Positions 1 to 10,800 are shown, counted from the stretch's first letter. The stretch is DNA of 64,000 bases from Prolixibacteraceae bacterium (GCA_028282195.1 JANQII010000148.1:24322-88321), one strand, 5' to 3'. Notes: generated by a model not told the origin, from the letters alone. Program-made: numbers and translations.

Positions 1-429
1 ATCAGGGACAAATTTATAGTTGCTCAAAACATGATTAAAAAATTCCTTTTCTTACGATTTTCTTCAGAAGGTAAGTTACAGTTAGTCAGAGGTTTCTTTT
101 TTAGTTTTAATCGAGGCCTGACACAGCTTCGCTCCTTCACTCCCATATTTTCAGGAGATCTAAAACATGTATCTTTTCTCAACTCGTCAACGAATATCTC
201 ACATTTTTTTCTTTTAATCAACTATTTCGTCTATTAGTAGAAATCACTCACAATATCCCAAACACGTGATAAACAAAGGGCTAGGGCGAGTTATTAACAG
301 CTGTATCTGGAAAATATTCGTAAAATTACCTAACCATCAAAAATGACTTATTGGAAAGCTCTTGCGTAATTTCCGAAAATTAGCGTTTTGCTTATGATAA
401 TAAGCTAACATTATTTTAACTTATGCGAA

Positions 430-479
430 ACTCATCGGATGACTTTGTTGGTACCAAACATTTTAGTCATCCGATGAGT
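430..479 (-). terminator. Long stem-loop immediately downstream of the MutS-like gene
   Basis: Perfect 14-bp arms ACTCATCGGATGAC (430-443) and GTCATCCGATGAGT (466-479) with an inner TTGGTACCAA palindrome. It starts 3 nt after the stop codon at 482. No clear U-tract follows. Confidence 0.45.
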
Positions 480-481
480 AG

Positions 482-2293
482 TTAATCCAAAAATTCACTA
501 TTTGCAGGAATTATTCCCATTTTTTTCATCAGGAAGCTGGCGTTCATTGTTGTTGTTATACCTTCTGTAAATTTATAATCAAAGACTAGCTCATTTTCAG
601 CCAGTTTCACATCAAAACATTGATTTGAGATTTGGGCTGGATACTTTTCACCCAATTTAGTAAGGTCTAAGTCATGTGTAGCGATTACTCCCGAAGTTTC
701 GAGGTTTAATAATTGCTTAACCAATGCTATCGACCCCATCAACTTATCTTTTGAGTTCGTACCTTTTAGCATCTCATCAATCAGGAAAAACAGTCTTTCT
801 CCATTTCTTATCTTATCAAGCATTTTTTGCAAACGCAAAAGCTCTGCAAAAAAATAAGATTCATCTTTCTGTAGATTATCAGTTGTTCTCATATTCGAGA
901 AAAGTGAAACTGGCCTTAACGACATAGAACTGGCGCAAACCCGGCAAGCATTTAAGGCAAGAACCATATTTACACCTAACGCCCTTAAGAAAGTGCTTTT
1001 CCCAGCCATGTTTGCACCGGTAATGATGATAAACCTACCATCTCCATTTAGCTTGAAAGAATTACCAATTCGTTTTTTTGAGTTTATAAGAGGATGTGCC
1101 AGATCATTTGATAAATATTGAAATTCTTTTTCTCCGAAAGAAGGCAATGCCCACGTTGAATGATTATGGTTTAGATTTGCCAAGCTTGAAAAAGCATCAA
1201 ATTCAGCTATTACATCAAACCAATGGTGTATGTTTTCTTCATTTTCATTTTGCCAGCGAAAGAGTTTCAAAACGCATTGCAAATCCCAAATCAGAAGTGC
1301 ATTTAATACCAACCCAACCAATAAGTTTTGTCTGTAGTCAAATTCAGCCATCGCTTTTTGCAGCGATTTAAGAACCTGATTGGCTGATTTGCCTTTTGAA
1401 AATAATTGTTTTTTCAATCCGACTAGCTGATCAGTCTCAAATTCCTTCTCTTCAATTAAAATAAATAGTTCCCTGTATTGTTGTAAAACTTTTGACTGTT
1501 TACCAAAAGTCCTATATGATTTCTTTATTGTTGGAGAAAAATAAGAAAGGATAGTTCCGTTTATTATCACTAAAACAACAAAAAAGCCCCAGGGTAAAAC
1601 TGAGAAAGCAGCTAAAATCAGAAAAAGCAAACTCAAAAACGGTTGACTATAAACTGCAACTCTAACAAATGAAAGCTTTGGTAATTTAATTTTTGAAGAC
1701 AAACCCTCCAGAAGTTTCAAATCGTCTTCATCGCTTGTTTTTCCTTTTGCCGCAAAAAAATGTCTCCATCGGGTATGCTTAGCCAGTTCAAGTAAGGCTT
1801 TTTGTTTCTCTTCCAATTTTTTAATTGAAGTCTCCGGATTTTGAAGCAAAAATGCCAGTCTTTTTTTTCCTAGCTGGGTAGTTGTTCTATTTAAAAACTG
1901 GAAGATTGATCCTTCACCAAAAAGATCGAGATCAAATGAAAATGAATGATCCTGATCAATAAACTCATTGCCTCCATCAAAGTGTGAATACTCTTCACCA
2001 AGTGCTATTAACTCTTTCTGGTTTATATCAATCAAATTTGCATATAATTGTTTTTCCTTTTCCTTTTGTACAAATTTCTTTATCCAAAAAAAGAACAAAA
2101 TAATACTCAGCAAGATAATTGGGCTTGCCAACCAAAAACCCAGTGTTTTAAAATAGACTAAGGTCAATATAATTGTCAAAAAAGCTATCAGTCTTAAAAA
2201 TGAAAGCAGCTGAATACGTTTTCTTGTATCCCGGAACTTTTGCTTGTCATGATTTAAATATTCTTGATATTCCTGAATTAAATCATCTTTCAT
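482..2293 (-). CDS. MutS-related ATPase (MutS domain V only) with N-terminal transmembrane helices
   Basis: 603-aa ORF. Walker A GANMAGKST, MutS-type FLIDEMLKGTN motif and a C-terminal ATPase domain. Hydrophobic helices near the N-terminus and around aa 220-260. No mismatch-binding domain is evident. Confidence 0.8.
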   Translation of the reverse strand: MKDDLIQEYQEYLNHDKQKFRDTRKRIQLLSFLRLIAFLTIILTLVYFKTLGFWLASPIILLSIILFFFWIKKFVQKEKEKQLYANLIDINQKELIALGEEYSHFDGGNEFIDQDHSFSFDLDLFGEGSIFQFLNRTTTQLGKKRLAFLLQNPETSIKKLEEKQKALLELAKHTRWRHFFAAKGKTSDEDDLKLLEGLSSKIKLPKLSFVRVAVYSQPFLSLLFLILAAFSVLPWGFFVVLVIINGTILSYFSPTIKKSYRTFGKQSKVLQQYRELFILIEEKEFETDQLVGLKKQLFSKGKSANQVLKSLQKAMAEFDYRQNLLVGLVLNALLIWDLQCVLKLFRWQNENEENIHHWFDVIAEFDAFSSLANLNHNHSTWALPSFGEKEFQYLSNDLAHPLINSKKRIGNSFKLNGDGRFIIITGANMAGKSTFLRALGVNMVLALNACRVCASSMSLRPVSLFSNMRTTDNLQKDESYFFAELLRLQKMLDKIRNGERLFFLIDEMLKGTNSKDKLMGSIALVKQLLNLETSGVIATHDLDLTKLGEKYPAQISNQCFDVKLAENELVFDYKFTEGITTTMNASFLMKKMGIIPANSEFLD

Positions 2294-2410
2294 GTTATGA
2301 ACTTGTTTAAAGCTAGAAGCTAAAAATGGCTGTAATCGTATGAAATAGTGCTATTTGCCAATATCATAAGTTGTGGCACTTTTTTTTCAACTAACTCCCC
2401 CTGATCGCGA

Positions 2411-2511
2411 TCCCGATAACCATCGGGACACAATCGTCCCTGCCTGCAGCAGGCAGGCCTCTCTTCGAGAAGAGAGGGATAACCTGCCTACCGTCAGCTA
2501 CCGTCAGGCAG
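2411..2511. repeat. Cluster of four GC-rich REP-like hairpins
   Basis: TCCCGATaaccATCGGGA (2411-2428), CCTGCCTGcagCAGGCAGG (2439-2457), CCTCTCTTCgaGAAGAGAGG (2458-2477), and CCTGCC..taccgtcag x2..GGCAGG (2483-2511). Lies in an otherwise AT-rich intergenic region. Confidence 0.6.
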
Positions 2512-2580
2512 GGAGGGAAGGTCAAAAAAACAATTGTTCCCTTCAATAGCATAATATTATCATTTAACTTTTGACAACTT

Positions 2581-3273
2581 CTATAAGAAATGAGTGTGTT
2601 GCAGGCGATTTACAACAAAGAAAACCATAAAAATCAGAACTAAAAAAACCGTAAAAATAAAGTTGCTCTCAGATTTTGAAAGCTTTGTTAAAGCTAACTT
2701 TGGTGTTCTAAAAGGATATATTTTAGCGTCAATTGTATTGTTTAGTACCGCCACTCCCAATCCAATTAAAGAACCAACAATCATCCCTGTAAGAATATCG
2801 CCGGGGTAATGTAACCCCAGATATATTCGGGTATAACTGGCCAAAGCAGCCCATAAAAAAATCAGAATAGTGAACCTGTAATTTTTAAATAAAAGGGATA
2901 AGAACATCGCCACCGAAAAAGTATTAGTGGCATGAGAAGAAAAATAGCCGTATAGCCCCCCCTTTTTCATCACGGTGTGCACCATTGCTTGTATTGCAGG
3001 ATCATGAGATGGACGAAGCCGTTGCAAATTTTCTTTAACAAACACCGAAAACTGGTCACTAATAACTACTGACAAAGCAAGAAGAATAAGTATAATGGGT
3101 GCTTTCGCTTTATACTTTTTAATAATAAAATAAATAATGACCAGGAAGAAAATTGCCCAAATCTCGGTTCGGGTAAATAAAGACATGACCACATCCATAA
3201 ACGGATTATGCATCTTGTTAAAAAAGAAAAAGATGGACTGATCAATTTGCTTTATTTTTTCAAGGAATGCCAT
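2581..3273 (-). CDS. PAP2-family membrane lipid phosphatase
   Basis: 230 aa and multi-TM. The three PAP2 motifs are present: KENLQRLRPS, FSSHATN and YTRIYLGLHYPGD. Confidence 0.8.
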   Translation of the reverse strand: MAFLEKIKQIDQSIFFFFNKMHNPFMDVVMSLFTRTEIWAIFFLVIIYFIIKKYKAKAPIILILLALSVVISDQFSVFVKENLQRLRPSHDPAIQAMVHTVMKKGGLYGYFSSHATNTFSVAMFLSLLFKNYRFTILIFLWAALASYTRIYLGLHYPGDILTGMIVGSLIGLGVAVLNNTIDAKIYPFRTPKLALTKLSKSESNFIFTVFLVLIFMVFFVVNRLQHTHFL

Positions 3274-4265
3274 TATTTGCTATTCAATATCTGCCAAATT
3301 TTATCCTTTAGTTTCAAAATCCCCTGACCGGTCACCGAAGATATAAAATCATGAGGAATATCGTGCAATTCTTTACTAATTTCTTCCTGAAGCTCTTCAT
3401 CTAAAAAATCTGATTTGCAGACTACTAGATAACGATCTTTATCTAACAATTCAGGATTAAACTTCTCCAGTTCATTCAGCAAGATGTAATACTCTTTCCT
3501 ATGGTCTTTACTATCAGCCGGGATCATAAAAAGCAACATGGAGTTTCTTTCAATATGCCGTAAAAAACGCAAGCCAAGCCCTCTTCCTTCATGGGCACCT
3601 TCAATAATTCCGGGAATATCTGCCATCACAAACGACTGATCATCGCGATAGGATACAATGCCCAAATTAGGCACTAAGGTTGTGAAAGGATAATCTGCAA
3701 TTTTTGGTTTTGCTGCAGAAACCACCGATAATAAAGTAGATTTACCGGCACTTGGGAAACCAACCAAGCCAACATCAGCAAGAATCTTCAATTCAAGGAT
3801 TTTCCAGCCTTCACTTCCATCTTCCCCGGGCTGTGCATAGCGAGGGGTCTGGTTTGTCGCTGATTTAAAATGAGTATTTCCCAGACCTCCACGACCTCCT
3901 TCAACCAAATAATGAGTATCTCCATCATTTGTTATTTCAAATAGAAATTCACCAGTTTCAGCATCTTTGGCAACTGTTCCCAACGGAACCTCAATAACGA
4001 CATCGTCCCCATCAGCACCATGGCTACCGTGACCACTCCCTGCACCTCCATGACCAGCGAAAATATGCTTTTTATATTTCAAGTGAAGCAATGTCCACAT
4101 CTGAGCATTCCCGCGAACAACCACATGCCCGCCACGGCCACCATCACCACCATCAGGGCCTCCCTTGGGTACAAACTTTTCCCGTCGCAAATGAGCAGAC
4201 CCGGCTCCTCCGTTACCCGAGCGACAGAAAATCTTTACATAGTCTACAAAATTGCTATCAGCCAT
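3273..4265 (-). CDS. obg: GTPase Obg/CgtA
   Basis: Glycine-rich Obg fold [42 protein letters not shown]1 motif [10 protein letters not shown]3 motif DIPGIIEGA. Confidence 0.95.
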   Translation of the reverse strand: MADSNFVDYVKIFCRSGNGGAGSAHLRREKFVPKGGPDGGDGGRGGHVVVRGNAQMWTLLHLKYKKHIFAGHGGAGSGHGSHGADGDDVVIEVPLGTVAKDAETGEFLFEITNDGDTHYLVEGGRGGLGNTHFKSATNQTPRYAQPGEDGSEGWKILELKILADVGLVGFPSAGKSTLLSVVSAAKPKIADYPFTTLVPNLGIVSYRDDQSFVMADIPGIIEGAHEGRGLGLRFLRHIERNSMLLFMIPADSKDHRKEYYILLNELEKFNPELLDKDRYLVVCKSDFLDEELQEEISKELHDIPHDFISSVTGQGILKLKDKIWQILNSK

Positions 4266-4389
4266 GGTTATAAAATCCTAGTCAAAAATAAAAAACAAAG
4301 ACGAATGCAGCTTTCTACATCCATCTTAGAAGCTGTTTAAATTTTATTTTTCAGAATGATTATGATGTATTTTTTGTTTAGACGACTTG

Positions 4390-4454
4390 TCCCGGTTAAA
4401 CCGGGATAAGGAAAATTCAACGCAGTATAAACGAACCTGCCTGCGGTAGGCAGG
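4390..4454. repeat. REP-like hairpin pair, same family as 2411-2511
   Basis: TCCCGGTTaAACCGGGA (4390-4406) and CCTGCCTgcggtAGGCAGG (4436-4454), between obg and adk. Confidence 0.6.
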
Positions 4455-4519
4455 AAAGACGCATAATCAAATGGATGGATAATTTTTAGACAGCTTCTTA
4501 TATATTTTGAGATAAAATA

Positions 4520-5092
4520 TTATAGCTTGTTTACAGTCTCGCTCAAACGCTCAGCAATTTCTTCAATCGTCCCCATCCCATCAATTGAGTATTGCTTATC
4601 TTGAGCCAGGTAATAATCTTTTAAAGGAGAAGTCTTTTCATGGTAAACCTGAATTCGGTTCTCAATAATCGATTCATCCTGATCGTCTGAACGGCCCGAT
4701 GTTTTTCCCCTGGTGAGCAGACGATCGATCAACTCTTGCTTTTCAACTTCCAGGCAAAGCATTCCTGAAACTGGCATCCCGTTTCCATTGAGTAAATTAT
4801 CGAGTGCTTCTGCCTGTGCTACGGTTCTTGGGAAACCATCAAAAATGAAGCCTTTCACTTCTTTATTTGCTTCCAATTTGTTCCCAATCATACCAATTAC
4901 GACCTCATCAGGAACTAACTCGCCTTTATCCATATATTTCTTAGCTTCCAATCCAAGCGGGGTATTGGCTGCTATTTCACTTCTTAAAAGATCACCGGTT
5001 GAAAGGTGGGTTAATTCAAATTTTTCAATAAGAAAATCAGCCTGTGTTCCTTTCCCTGCTCCCGGAGGGCCAAATAAAACTAAATTTAACAT
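4520..5092 (-). CDS. adk: Adenylate kinase
   Basis: P-loop GPPGAGKGTQ plus GFIFDGFPRT. I chose the ATG at 5092 (MLNLVLFGPPG...) rather than the TTG at 5140, which would overlap hpt. Confidence 0.93.
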   Translation of the reverse strand: MLNLVLFGPPGAGKGTQADFLIEKFELTHLSTGDLLRSEIAANTPLGLEAKKYMDKGELVPDEVVIGMIGNKLEANKEVKGFIFDGFPRTVAQAEALDNLLNGNGMPVSGMLCLEVEKQELIDRLLTRGKTSGRSDDQDESIIENRIQVYHEKTSPLKDYYLAQDKQYSIDGMGTIEEIAERLSETVNKL

Positions 5093-5114
5093 GGTATATA
5101 TTGATTTTTGGTTT

Positions 5115-5654
5115 TTAGTCAACAACCTTGTAAATATCAATTAAGTTACGTCCCCGCCCATCATAGTCAAGACCATAACCCACTATAAAATCATTAGGTA
5201 TCTCAAGCCCTGTATAGTCTATTTTTACTTCTTTAACCAAAGCATCAGGCTTCAGTAAAAGTGTTGCAACATAAACGTCTTTTGCATTTCTGGCCTGAAT
5301 CTGCTGAATCGTATTTTCAATTGTAATGCCCGTATCAATAATATCTTCCAATACCACAACTGTTCTTCCGCTAAGATCTTCATTTAATCCAATCAGTTCC
5401 TTCACTTTACCGGTAGATGAAGTTCCATCGTATGAAGCAAGCTTAACAAACGATATTTCAGCATCCAACAAACTAACTCTTTTAAAAATTTCAGCAGCAA
5501 ACATAAACGCACCATTCAGCACACAAAGAAAAAGAGGATTTTTCCCAACCAGGTCACGATTCATTTCTTCTGCCATTTTTTCAATTACTGAACGAATCTT
5601 TTCGTAAGGAATAAACAACTCGAATTCTTTATCTAAGATCTTAACATTACCCAT
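5115..5654 (-). CDS. hpt: Hypoxanthine phosphoribosyltransferase
   Basis: 179 aa. PRPP-binding motif VVVLEDIIDTGIT and C-terminal FIVGYGLDY. Confidence 0.9.
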   Translation of the reverse strand: MGNVKILDKEFELFIPYEKIRSVIEKMAEEMNRDLVGKNPLFLCVLNGAFMFAAEIFKRVSLLDAEISFVKLASYDGTSSTGKVKELIGLNEDLSGRTVVVLEDIIDTGITIENTIQQIQARNAKDVYVATLLLKPDALVKEVKIDYTGLEIPNDFIVGYGLDYDGRGRNLIDIYKVVD

Positions 5655-5792
5655 CTTGTGAATTTATTATTGGTTCTTTATTTAATAAGGCAGGTTTTAA
5701 TATCTGTTTAATTTCAACTATTTTAGCTGCGATTTTTAAAAAGCACAAAGTAACAAAAAATAATTGCTCAACTGAAAAATTAAATTTAAAAG

Positions 5793-6299
5793 ATGAACGC
5801 AAAAGTAAGTATCATTATGGGTAGTACTTCCGACCTGGGGGTAATGGAAGGAGCTGCAAAAATTTTAGACGAATTTGAAATTCCTTTTGAAATCAATGCA
5901 TTGTCTGCGCATCGTACTCCTGAAGTAGTAGAAAAATTTGCCAAAGAAGCAAAGGACAGAGGTATTGAAGTTATTATTGCCGGAGCAGGAATGGCTGCAC
6001 ATCTTCCCGGGGTTATTGCTGCAATGACAACACTTCCTGTAATCGGTGTCCCAATTAAAGCAAGTCTTGACGGGTTGGATTCTTTGCTTGCCATTGTTCA
6101 AATGCCTCCTGGTATTCCGGTAGCAACTGTTGCTATTAACGGTTCTCGCAATGCTGCTATTTTAGCCGTTCAAATGATGGCGCTTGGCAATGATGAGTTG
6201 AAGGACAAAATGCTTAAGTTCAAAGAAGACCTTAAAGAAAAAATTGTAAAGGCAAATCAGGATCTTTCTGAAGTAAAATTCAAATTCAAAACGAATTAG
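5793..6299 (+). CDS. purE: 5-(carboxyamino)imidazole ribonucleotide mutase
   Basis: [18 protein letters not shown] and [14 protein letters not shown] motifs. Confidence 0.93.
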   Translation: MNAKVSIIMGSTSDLGVMEGAAKILDEFEIPFEINALSAHRTPEVVEKFAKEAKDRGIEVIIAGAGMAAHLPGVIAAMTTLPVIGVPIKASLDGLDSLLAIVQMPPGIPVATVAINGSRNAAILAVQMMALGNDELKDKMLKFKEDLKEKIVKANQDLSEVKFKFKTN

Positions 6300-6374
6300 T
6301 TTTTTTCTTAAAGAAATAGTATAACTTACATTAGTTTGTTACGTAAAGGTGTATTGTTAAGGTACACCTTTTTT

Positions 6375-8390
6375 ATGATGAAAAATATATCCACCCTAAC
6401 TTCTTGCATTGTTGCCGTTTTAATGATTTGTACAAGCTCTGTTGCTCAAACAGAAGCTGTTTGGCAAGATCTTGTAGTTGAATATGTAGAATTAAATTTT
6501 TCAGAGGAAAGCAAGCCGGACATTGAGCAAATGCTTGAAGATTTGGAATTCGCTGCCAAAAACCCCCTGAATATTAATTCTGCCAGTTTCGATGAGTTTA
6601 GTAAATTATACTTGCTAAACCCCATACAAATTCAAAACTTAATAAGCTATCGCGAAACGTATGGTTCAATTCTTTCCCCTTTTGAGCTTAAAACGATTGA
6701 TGGCTTTGATGAAAACCTGATCCGGTTAATAGCCCACTTTTTAGTTTTTGATGAAACGGAATCTGATACAATCCGGTACCAGCCAAAACAAGATTTTATA
6801 GTTCGGGCAATTCAACTTCTTGAAAAACAAAAGGGGTATAAACAACCAAAAAAGTATGAAGGTTCACGTTTAAAACTATACTCCCGGTATCGTTTTTCAT
6901 CTAAAACCATTCATGCTGGATTTACTGCAGAAAAAGATGCTGGTGAATCATTTTTCCAAAAATCCAATAGCAAGGGATTTGACTTTTACAGTGGTTTTGC
7001 CGCGATAACTTTTCCCCGAAAGAAACATCAACTCTTTTTGGGTGATTATCGCTTACAGTTTGGTCAGGGTTTAACCGCATGGCATGGTTTTACAATGGGA
7101 AAGTCAGTAGATATAAACGCCGGGGCTAAATTCAACCAGGGAATTACGCCATATACTTCAACCGATGAGAATAACTTTATGCGAGGAGTTGCTGCAAAAT
7201 TTAAATCAGGCAGATTCAGCATATTCCCCTTCTATTCTTTTAAGAAATTTGATGCAAATACCGACAGTATTGATAACAAAGCTGTTTTTACCTCTTTTCA
7301 AACTTCCGGGCTACACCGGACATCTTCTGAAATTGAAGATAAAAATTCAATTAAAGAACAAACTGCCGGTGCTTATCTGGTTTATTCAAAGAAATTTTAT
7401 TCGTTTGGTCTTACAGGAATACACACAAGTTATTCAAAACCTTTAATGCGAAGTGACTCAAAATACAACCAGTACTTATTTGAGGGAAATGATGTAAGTA
7501 ATTATTCAATGGATTATAAAATTGGACTAAATAAGTATTTCATTTTTGGGGAATTAGCAGGTAGTAGCACAAACGGTTATGCGTATACCGGAGGTTTACT
7601 TGCCAAACCATTCGATAAAATCGAGTTTACTTCTATTTACAGAAATATTGGACGAAAATACAATGCACCTCACGGGAATGCCTTTATTGAAAACAGTAAG
7701 CTTAATGACGAAGAAGGTTTATACCTTGGATTAAAAATCCTTCCATTACCTAAAGTCAGTATACAGGGGTATGCAGATTTCTTTAAGTATAAATGGATTA
7801 AATATACGACCGTTGCACCAGGAAGAGGAAGGGAATTCCAGCTTCAACTCAACTACCAAATTTCATCAAGCTGGAATATTTACAGCAGGTATTTTTATGA
7901 GATTAAACTCGTAAAGACTACTGTAAACACGGTGAAAATAAACTTTGACCAACACAGGGAAAAGATTCGTTTTCATTTGAATGGGGACATTAATGATAAT
8001 TTTTTTGTACGCAGCCGCATAGAATTCATGTTCTATTCTCATGATCACAAATCAGATGGAATGCTTGCCTTTCAGGACATTGGTCTCGCTTCTGAAAAAT
8101 TAAACTCAACGTGTTGGTTGCGAATATCCTATTTTAATACCGATGATTATGATTCTCGTGTTTATGCTTATGAAAATGATTTGCTATATCAGTTTTCAAT
8201 ACCATCATTTTATGGAGAAGGTGTTCGTTCATACCTAAACGGAAAAGTTAAAATATGTGAAAAAACAGACCTCTGGATCAAGGCTTCACGAACCTGGTTT
8301 TTCAATACCGAAAGCCTTGGCAGCGGTTATAGCATGATTGAAGGCAACAAACGTACAGAATTGAAACTACAGCTTCGGTTCAGGTTTTAA
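6375..8390 (+). CDS. Secreted helix-hairpin-helix (ComEA-like) domain fused to a predicted outer-membrane beta-barrel
   Basis: Signal peptide MMKNISTLTSCIVAVLMICTSSVAQ. HhH-like NPLNINSASFDEFSKL...IQIQNLISYRETYGSILSPFELKTIDGF. The rest has alternating aromatic/beta-strand character and ends ...LQLRFRF. ATG at 6375 preferred over the TTG at 6336. Confidence 0.55.
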   Translation: MMKNISTLTSCIVAVLMICTSSVAQTEAVWQDLVVEYVELNFSEESKPDIEQMLEDLEFAAKNPLNINSASFDEFSKLYLLNPIQIQNLISYRETYGSILSPFELKTIDGFDENLIRLIAHFLVFDETESDTIRYQPKQDFIVRAIQLLEKQKGYKQPKKYEGSRLKLYSRYRFSSKTIHAGFTAEKDAGESFFQKSNSKGFDFYSGFAAITFPRKKHQLFLGDYRLQFGQGLTAWHGFTMGKSVDINAGAKFNQGITPYTSTDENNFMRGVAAKFKSGRFSIFPFYSFKKFDANTDSIDNKAVFTSFQTSGLHRTSSEIEDKNSIKEQTAGAYLVYSKKFYSFGLTGIHTSYSKPLMRSDSKYNQYLFEGNDVSNYSMDYKIGLNKYFIFGELAGSSTNGYAYTGGLLAKPFDKIEFTSIYRNIGRKYNAPHGNAFIENSKLNDEEGLYLGLKILPLPKVSIQGYADFFKYKWIKYTTVAPGRGREFQLQLNYQISSSWNIYSRYFYEIKLVKTTVNTVKINFDQHREKIRFHLNGDINDNFFVRSRIEFMFYSHDHKSDGMLAFQDIGLASEKLNSTCWLRISYFNTDDYDSRVYAYENDLLYQFSIPSFYGEGVRSYLNGKVKICEKTDLWIKASRTWFFNTESLGSGYSMIEGNKRTELKLQLRFRF

Positions 8391-8439
8391 TCTTCATTTT
8401 GTATCTTTGCCCGTCAAATAATTGGAATGGGGAGGGAAA

Positions 8440-9582
8440 ATGAATTTTGATGACATCAGACCATATGTGGATCAGGAAGTCAATCATTACGTTAATGTTT
8501 TGTTGAAAGATGAAATTTTTCAGCAGGTTTTAATGTTTATTTTTCAGGATGAGGAAAAGCTGGCTTCAGTAAAACAAATGCTTAGTGGCATACAAACTAC
8601 TGAACAACTCCAAATGGGGTTTATGTATCCGCTGGTGAAAGAATGGATTATAGACAGAACGACAAGTGGAGTAAGCTGGAGCGGACTTGATAAATTAGAT
8701 AAAAACGGGAGTTATCTTTTTATATCTAATCATCGCGATATCATTCTTGATTCCGCCATCCTTAACTACATAATTGTAACGGCTGGCATGAATACCACTG
8801 AAGTTGCAATTGGAAACAACCTGCTAATTTACGACTGGATTGTTCACGCGGTAAAGCTTAATCGTGCTTTTGTTGTAAAACGAAATCTTCCAGCCCGTGA
8901 ATTACTTTTAGCTTCAAAAACATTATCTCAATATATTCGGGAAGCAATCACTAAAAGAAATCGTTCAGTTTGGATAGCCCAGCGTGAAGGCCGAACAAAA
9001 AATGGTTTTGATCAAACGCAACAAGCTCTCTTAAAAATGTTTAATCTCAGTAATGAAAATGGATTTACTGAGGGCTTCCGTGAGCTAAAGATTGTCCCTC
9101 TCTCTATTTCTTATGAAAGGGAACCATGTGGAATATCGAAAGTTGAAGAGATTTACAAACGTGAAAGCGAAGGGTTTGAGAAAACCCAGGAGGATGATTT
9201 GAAAAGCATGGCCTTTGGTTTAACCCGCCCAAAAGGAAGGGTACATTTTACCTTTGGCAAGCCAATTGATGCTCCGCTTAATGATTTTGCCCTTGAAGAA
9301 AACCCGAATGAGCGTATTCAAAAATTAGCTGAATATATTGACGAACGTATTTACCACAATTATAAACTGTGGCCTAACAACTACTTAGCAGCTGATATAA
9401 AAGCGAACACCAATCTTCATTCAGATAAAATAAACCAGGCAACTCGTGAGAAATTTGATGAGCTTTTAGGGGATTTGGTCAAAACAATTGGTTCTGGTGA
9501 CCCAAAACGTCAACAGGAGCTTTTCGTTGAGATGTATGCCAATCCGGTGCTGAACGCTGAAAAAACCAAACAATACAAATAG
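8440..9582 (+). CDS. Glycerolipid acyltransferase (PlsC family)
   Basis: HX4D motif NHRDIILD and a downstream AQREGRTKNG block. ATG at 8440 preferred over the TTG at 8422. Confidence 0.75.
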   Translation: MNFDDIRPYVDQEVNHYVNVLLKDEIFQQVLMFIFQDEEKLASVKQMLSGIQTTEQLQMGFMYPLVKEWIIDRTTSGVSWSGLDKLDKNGSYLFISNHRDIILDSAILNYIIVTAGMNTTEVAIGNNLLIYDWIVHAVKLNRAFVVKRNLPARELLLASKTLSQYIREAITKRNRSVWIAQREGRTKNGFDQTQQALLKMFNLSNENGFTEGFRELKIVPLSISYEREPCGISKVEEIYKRESEGFEKTQEDDLKSMAFGLTRPKGRVHFTFGKPIDAPLNDFALEENPNERIQKLAEYIDERIYHNYKLWPNNYLAADIKANTNLHSDKINQATREKFDELLGDLVKTIGSGDPKRQQELFVEMYANPVLNAEKTKQYK

Positions 9583-9774
9583 AATCTGAACAGCTAATTC
9601 CATCTGGCAACTTAAACCAGATATCTTATTTATTTTCAAACAACTACAGATGTTTGAGTTTGTCTGCCCGAATGAACATTTTTTAGAATCAATTTGTCTA
9701 AAATTAAAGATTAATAGTTTGCTTACTACCTGAAACTATTTTCTCAGATACAAATCTTCTTAAAAAGTGTTGAT

Positions 9775-10800
9775 ATGGCTGACAACAAAGAGCAGAAAAC
9801 CAATGCCGATAGAAATAAAGACACTACTAAAGTTGACCCAAAAGATATTGCCTCAAAAGTAAGTGAAAAAGTAACCCAGTTGGCCGGTGTAGATAAACTG
9901 GAAGGTTTTAGTTTAAAAGACTTCTTTGCTGAAGTCTTTAAAAAACATACTACAACGGAGGTTGAAGACTATTTTACGGTTGGCACCAGTACCACAACTC
10001 CCAACATAGAAGATGTAAATACTTCATGGCCAAGACCATGGGTTTTTTTCAAAACATTTATTGGTGCTATCATCGTTTATTTCTTATTTGTTCAGGCCTG
10101 GCGTGAATTTCAAAACATTAATCTTGTACCAGGATTGATCATTGTTGGTTCATTTGCTGTTCCTGTTTCTACCCTGATCTTTTTTGTAGAAGTTAATGCC
10201 CGCAAAAATGTTTCACTATACCAGGTATTGCGCCTTCTGTTTATGGGAGGTATACTATCTCTGATTATTGCTTTAATCCTTTTTCAATTAAGCGATTCAC
10301 TAAGGTTAAACTGGCTTGGTGCATCATTGGCCGGAATTGTAGAAGAACCAGGTAAACTGTTGGCACTTCTGCTGGTTGCAAATGTATCAAAATATAAATA
10401 CACACTTAATGGTCTATTGTTCGGAGCAGCAATCGGAACTGGTTTTGCAGCTTTTGAAAGTGCAGGTTACGCGCTTTATGCCGGATTAGTCGATCCCAGC
10501 CCAACAGCCATGATGGACAGCATCATGCTACGAGGAATACTTTCCCCTTTTGCACACATTGCCTGGACTTCCATGTGTGGCGCAGCACTTTGGAAAGTGA
10601 AAGGAGATCAAGAGTTTAGGTTTTATATGCTTAAAGATAGTCGGTTCTTACGAATTTTTATTATCGCAGTTATTATGCATATGATATGGAACTCACCTCT
10701 CTACATTCCTTTTTATGGTAAGTTTATCATTTTTGCTTTAATTCAAGACGGTCTTAAACAAATCCAGGAGGAAAAAAATAAACATTTGAAGTTGGATTAA
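9775..10800 (+). CDS. PrsW-family intramembrane protease
   Basis: Multi-TM protein with VEEPGKLLAL (EExxK) and FAHIAWTS motifs. Soluble N-terminal extension of about 80 aa. Confidence 0.7.
   Translation: MADNKEQKTNADRNKDTTKVDPKDIASKVSEKVTQLAGVDKLEGFSLKDFFAEVFKKHTTTEVEDYFTVGTSTTTPNIEDVNTSWPRPWVFFKTFIGAIIVYFLFVQAWREFQNINLVPGLIIVGSFAVPVSTLIFFVEVNARKNVSLYQVLRLLFMGGILSLIIALILFQLSDSLRLNWLGASLAGIVEEPGKLLALLLVANVSKYKYTLNGLLFGAAIGTGFAAFESAGYALYAGLVDPSPTAMMDSIMLRGILSPFAHIAWTSMCGAALWKVKGDQEFRFYMLKDSRFLRIFIIAVIMHMIWNSPLYIPFYGKFIIFALIQDGLKQIQEEKNKHLKLD

Noticed and set aside
24-237. Two overlapping ORFs of 65-68 aa on opposite strands at the window start
   Set aside because: They are low-complexity and mutually overlapping, with no recognisable motifs. 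The region 1-430 may be a leader or UTR for a gene outside the window. I could not match it to any riboswitch or sRNA I know.
4020-6101. Antisense or alternative-frame ORFs inside obg, adk, hpt and purE (4020-4340, 4091-4273, 4713-5144, 5326-5607, 5786-6094, 5865-6101)
   Set aside because: They are shadow ORFs of strongly supported genes, and their translations are compositionally odd. The same reasoning applies to all other short ORFs nested in the RND, ABC, ggt, glnA, kinase and toxin genes.
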